Of a stretch of 64,000 bases of DNA, positions 59,650-64,000 are shown one piece after another. Under the pieces are notes generated by a model, which saw only the letters and a program-made list of their open reading frames with translations, searched no databases and had not been told where the DNA came from. Position numbers and translations under genes: made by a program. Position 1 is the stretch's first letter, and the number at the start of each line of letters is the position of its first letter. Source of the DNA: Octopus bimaculoides (Eukaryota); contig NC_068985.1 of assembly GCF_001194135.2 (NCBI RefSeq), positions 521,231 to 585,230 of the forward strand. Reading direction: 5' to 3'.

Positions 59650-61930
59650 TCCTGTTTTTAAGGCAGGAACTCCTTGAAATTTTGGGTATTTGAGTATATT
59701 TAAAAATTTAAGGATTGGAGAAAGCGCATGTTATAATTGCATACTTTATTCCTACATATGTTTCAAAAGATTACAACCTGTGTGCTCCATAGGGATCTTT
59801 GATATTAAAATTGTAACCTTCTCATCAGGGAAAGCATGGGAATCATCTTCAACGTAAGACATTATGTAAAACTTTGGAATAGGTATGTGTATTTAGGTCT
59901 GTCAGCTTTAGGTCATGGAGTTTTTTGTATAGAAATTTGATTACCTTCTGTTTTAAAGGTTCACAAAAAAGAACATAAATAGGTGGAAAACCTAGTTGGT
60001 CAGCAGGGTTCTTTACTTGTTGATGTTATTTGAGCACTAGTTAGGGGCTATAACCTATTTGTATTGAGATGGTTGAGGTTATTTTGAAGTCCAGTCAAGC
60101 ATGTAAGACTCTGTAATTAGATGTGTTTATTTGTGTCAGCTTTTTAGGTCATGGTGATTTTAGTATATAGATTTGTTCATCTACAAAATAATGTAGGCAG
60201 GTATAAAGGTTTGTTGGCCAGCAAGTTTCTAATTAGGCGTTAATTGTTCTTGAAGTTTTTTTTTAATATTTAGAAGGTTCGACCCGTGTCTTTCGGGGAC
60301 TTATCTTTATAGATATTTCTTCTATTCAATTTCAAGCGTGAGTATTAGTAATGATACTTACGCCATTTTGAACCAATCAATATACGCAAATGTGATACTT
60401 GTTCAAATGGGGAGCTTCTTTGTATGGAGTAGCTATTTCATTGAGTAGTTTGTCGTTGGAAGAAAATCTTAGAGATATGTTCCTTACTAGGTTTTTAAGT
60501 ATACCTTTGGGATGGCTGGGTTGCCTATCCATATACTGAATATTTTCGTTTTCTTTCTTGTAAAGTTTATAAGTACTGGATTCTCGGTCAAAGGTAACAG
60601 CGAGGCTGCTGACTGATTTTAAATGTTTCTACATAAATTAAGAAGACGAGATTATAGAAAAGTGAAATAGCTCTTTTCTATATTTACCGGTTGTTGTGGG
60701 TTGTATTTTCATAGGTGGAGCTGATAGTCGTCCTTGTAGAGATCGCCTGAGACAAGGAAATATTCGCTTAGTAAGTTTGGAAATGTGTAGAGTCGACGAT
60801 ATAGCTTACATCGAGTGGTTCTGCTGGGTTTTTCTTACTCAAGAATGCATTGTTTTGAAAAGGAAGGGGCTTCCATGCTTTTAGTATTTTTTTTTTTGTC
60901 TTAATGTTTTTACAGAGTTCAAAGCAGTCAAAAGTATTGACTTTGCTATTGATATTTAATAGCCTTTGATGTCAAACTGAAAAAATAGCAAATAATTTTG
61001 TCTGGAATATTTCCCTCCAATATATTACCTCGTTTGTGATATTCTAGAGAGGCAATGTTGACTTTGCTTTACTTCTGGTGAGAATTAGTCTATGATTCTT
61101 TTAGTAATAATTCCTAAATCTGGTTTTGAAGGGTTTATAAGTCTGACGGATGAGTTGCCATTGCGATTGGTCTTTTATGGTTGATATAGGAATTCTGACA
61201 TTAATATGTCTCCTCTATCATCTCTTGTAAACCTGGAGGCTACTTTTTGGCTGTGATGTTTATATCGTTTATAGTTATATATTTTGCTTTCCCTTTTTTC
61301 AGTGTGTTGGAGATTGTGTTAGAAAGAAAGCACTTATAAGCAGAGATTGTTTATCTAGTCCGATGTTACAAATAAATTTGTGCTGGTTTTGTTGTCGTTG
61401 ATTTCCTGCTTCAGCTATTTCTGCGGTGTATTAGTTCGCTTGCTAAATTTTATTTCCTTGGTCATTGCCAATAAATCATCTTCAAAGTGTTGCAGTGATG
61501 GATTAGTTGGTGCGAACTTCACTGTCGTGAATCCATAGTTGTTGGGAGGATGTTCGTTCCGTTGATCGTTTTAAAAGGGGTAAATTTTCCATCGAATTTT
61601 CTTGCAGAAATTTCTCGGTTATTTTTGCAATAGCGTTTTCAGGTAATGCTTTTTGGTTAGTGATGGTTTTCTTTTCTTTTCATAAAGAAGTGTATTGTGT
61701 GTTGTCGCATCTTTACTTGTTGGTCAATTAATGTTAGAAAAGCACTTACATCGAAATGAAGCCTTTACGTTAATGTCCGTTTCTACGTCGAATCATAATT
61801 CAAACAATTTTACATTAAACTGAAGGATTACCCAATACTTTTTGTAAGGTACATATTAATCTTTGTAAAAGAATCGTGTTGACAATGACTCGATTGTTTC
61901 GGCCTGCTTAGCCCTCATCAGACTGGACTA
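59650..61930 (-). mobile_element. Penelope-like retroelement, decayed
   Basis: RT-like motifs in the expected order: FQFDIKGY (FDI..FYP) near 60970, GDLYKDDY (LYRDDG) near 60735, and PSHPKGILKN (SNHP) near 60505; hammerhead at the 5' end. The 3' boundary is uncertain. Confidence 0.7.
61883..61925 (-). ncRNA. Minimal type I hammerhead ribozyme of the Penelope-like element
   Basis: CAGT-[CTGATGA]-GGGCT-AAGC-AGGCC-[GAAA]-C-AATCGA-G-[TC]-ATTG. Core and GUC site are intact; stem I CAGT/ATTG has one G.U pair; stem II has one G-G mismatch; stem III is 2 bp with TCGA in the loop. Confidence 0.65.
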
Positions 61931-62084
61931 CATTTGAGTTCATCTTGGCTTTATATAGTCTTTGGCAAGTTTATTTTACTGGGGTGTGTTGAATGATAAT
62001 TAAGTTGTGGAGTAAAATATGATGGAAAGATATTATGGAAGATTTTTTTAATTACATTTAGAATTGTGTAATTGTTCAGAGTTC

Positions 62085-62115
<31 letters not shown>

Positions 62116-62456
62116 TGTATGTATGTATGTGTGTGTGTATCTTCCGATGATGTACAAGTGAGGAAGAAAGAGAAGAAGAAAGAAAAGATTCTAGGTTTTA
62201 TAAGTGTGCTTTGAGTTTTCGATTTCAATGAAATGATCGCTTTACATCAAAAAGGAAATTTTAAGTTCCAGTAGCATTTGCGAATGGGAAAATGTTCACA
62301 GATTTTGAACTCCCATATGTTTGTCAAACGACGGATTTAATGAGTTTTGGAATATGTTTTGTTCTTTTCTGAAACAGAAAAAGAATATCTTGTGCCGAAT
62401 TTAAAAAAAATATTTTATTAACAATTTAGTATAGAAATTTAACGATATGCACATTT

Positions 62457-62515
<59 letters not shown>

Positions 62516-62538
62516 TATACATAATATATATGTATATA

Positions 62539-63390
62539 CTAGCTGACGTACCCGGTAATTCCTGGGAAAGCGGTGCTTATCCCTTAGTTCCATTCTCATA
62601 ATCGTTTCACTAATCCAATGCCAACAATACAAAGTATGTAGCACTTAAAACGGTTTTTTTGCCTTTACAGAGAATACCGAACTGTCTGACACAGGATCTT
62701 GCTTTTGGGAATTCCCAATAAGTTATGAATACCCGAAATTGTGAAGTCAGTTATGTAAGAATTCAAGTAAAATAGTCCCAAAAAGGGTTTTAATGCATTC
62801 CCAGAGTATATAGACCTTAGGAGGAAATACTAATAAGGTATGTATACTAAAATCGTGAAGCATGTTACGTAACAACAGGCTAATCAGATATGAGATGATA
62901 ACAAGTCAAAGTAAATAAGTCTGAAAAAAGCTTTTGTGCGTTCCTAGAGAATATTACCCTCAGGGGTGCTAGTGTCATTAACTGAAATAAGTGGATCTAT
63001 TGTTTAGGAAAATACTGTTTACTTGTTTAAGTGTTGTACTGGATAAATTGCGAAAATAACTCTAACCGTCCAAATACTAAGAAATAAGCATACTCAATTT
63101 CATTTTTACCAAATTATTTAGGAAAATGAATGGGTTATTTCCCTTGGTTATATATAAGGATCCTTTCAAGGGGCTAATGGGTTATTTCCCTTGGTTTTTA
63201 AAATACGATATATTAGATATATATAAGGGGCCCTATTATCGATTTGTTTTCAACAATCTGAGTATGCCATGAGGTTTCCAGACATGAGTTCTACTCACAC
63301 GTCAAGTTTCATCAAAATCGATAAAACGATGTAGGAGGAGTTAGCTAACAACTCCACAAACACACCCACAGACAGAATTTCCCACATAAT
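62539..63390 (-). mobile_element. Non-autonomous Helitron-like element
   Basis: Minus-strand 3' terminus has an imperfect hairpin CCCAGG-AATTA-CCGGG about 8 nt before CTAG|T, the canonical Helitron end. The 5' end merges into (TA)n, so that boundary is approximate. Confidence 0.55.
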
Positions 63391-63444
<54 letters not shown>

Positions 63445-63968
63445 TATTGATGTGTATATGTGTGTACGTGTGTTCAATGTACTGCTTTTGTTTAACTGAC
63501 GCAAACAGTACTTTTAATAAGCTTGCATTTTATTTTTCATTCTTACTAAATACAGTCGCTCAACCTGACGTAGAGCAAAAGAGGAGGAAAAATTAAATTC
63601 CAAGTGTCTGTATTATGTCAAATGGTTTAAAATTTCAGCGAGGATACCGTACTACATTAGGAAAGAAAGTCAAAAGCATCCAATAACATTTTTGAACGGA
63701 AACTTGTTTAGAGATTTTGATTTTACAGAAACTTGCTGAACAAAGTCTGTACAATGTGTAATGAATGAATTTAACGGGAGAAATTCCACGAATATTTGAA
63801 GTCCTCTAATAAAGGTTTTGCTGTATTTGAAGCTGGAAATATGGCAAATATCAACAGTAAACTTCATAAACAATATGTCATGGAATGTGATATAAATTAT
63901 ACATGAAAAATGTACACTTTCTCATCCTTAATTCATTTTGTGGGTGTCGGTGTGCATGCATGTGTATA

Positions 63969-64000
<32 letters not shown>

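Noticed and set aside
59790-59835. CTGATGA on the minus strand near the Penelope 3' region
   Set aside because: No stem II or GAAA in register.
121-63596. Many ORFs rich in YI/CV/HT/SL/ER or poly-M/V/D/H, and long ORFs spanning X runs
   Set aside because: They are translations of microsatellites or N-gaps and have no real coding signature.

Overview
This is AT-rich eukaryotic DNA, dense in microsatellites ((TA)n, (CA)n, (GA)n, (GAT)n, (TAA)n), with many assembly N-gaps. The repeat content suggests a coleoid cephalopod, probably an octopus; this is an inference from pattern, not from a database search. Nearly all ORFs in the supplied track are artefacts of simple repeats or gaps. Most non-microsatellite sequence is decayed transposable elements: Tx1/L1-like, RTE, CR1/L2-like, R4/Dong-like and HERO-like LINEs, a Penelope-like element, a Gypsy RNase H fragment, Tc1/mariner, pogo/Tigger and hAT MITEs, Helitron pieces, and several tRNA-derived SINE families. 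The only credible host coding signal is one minus-strand exon (11559-11679) encoding a signal-peptide-like segment and ending at a perfect GTAAGT donor; no downstream exon was found in the window. The most notable unannotated structure is a complete type I hammerhead ribozyme fold at 28666-28733 (+), in a roughly 240-bp island of unknown origin. There is also a near-intact minimal hammerhead at the 5' end of the Penelope element (61883-61925) and two degenerate hammerhead relics. Element boundaries are approximate unless terminal repeats or splice sites are quoted.
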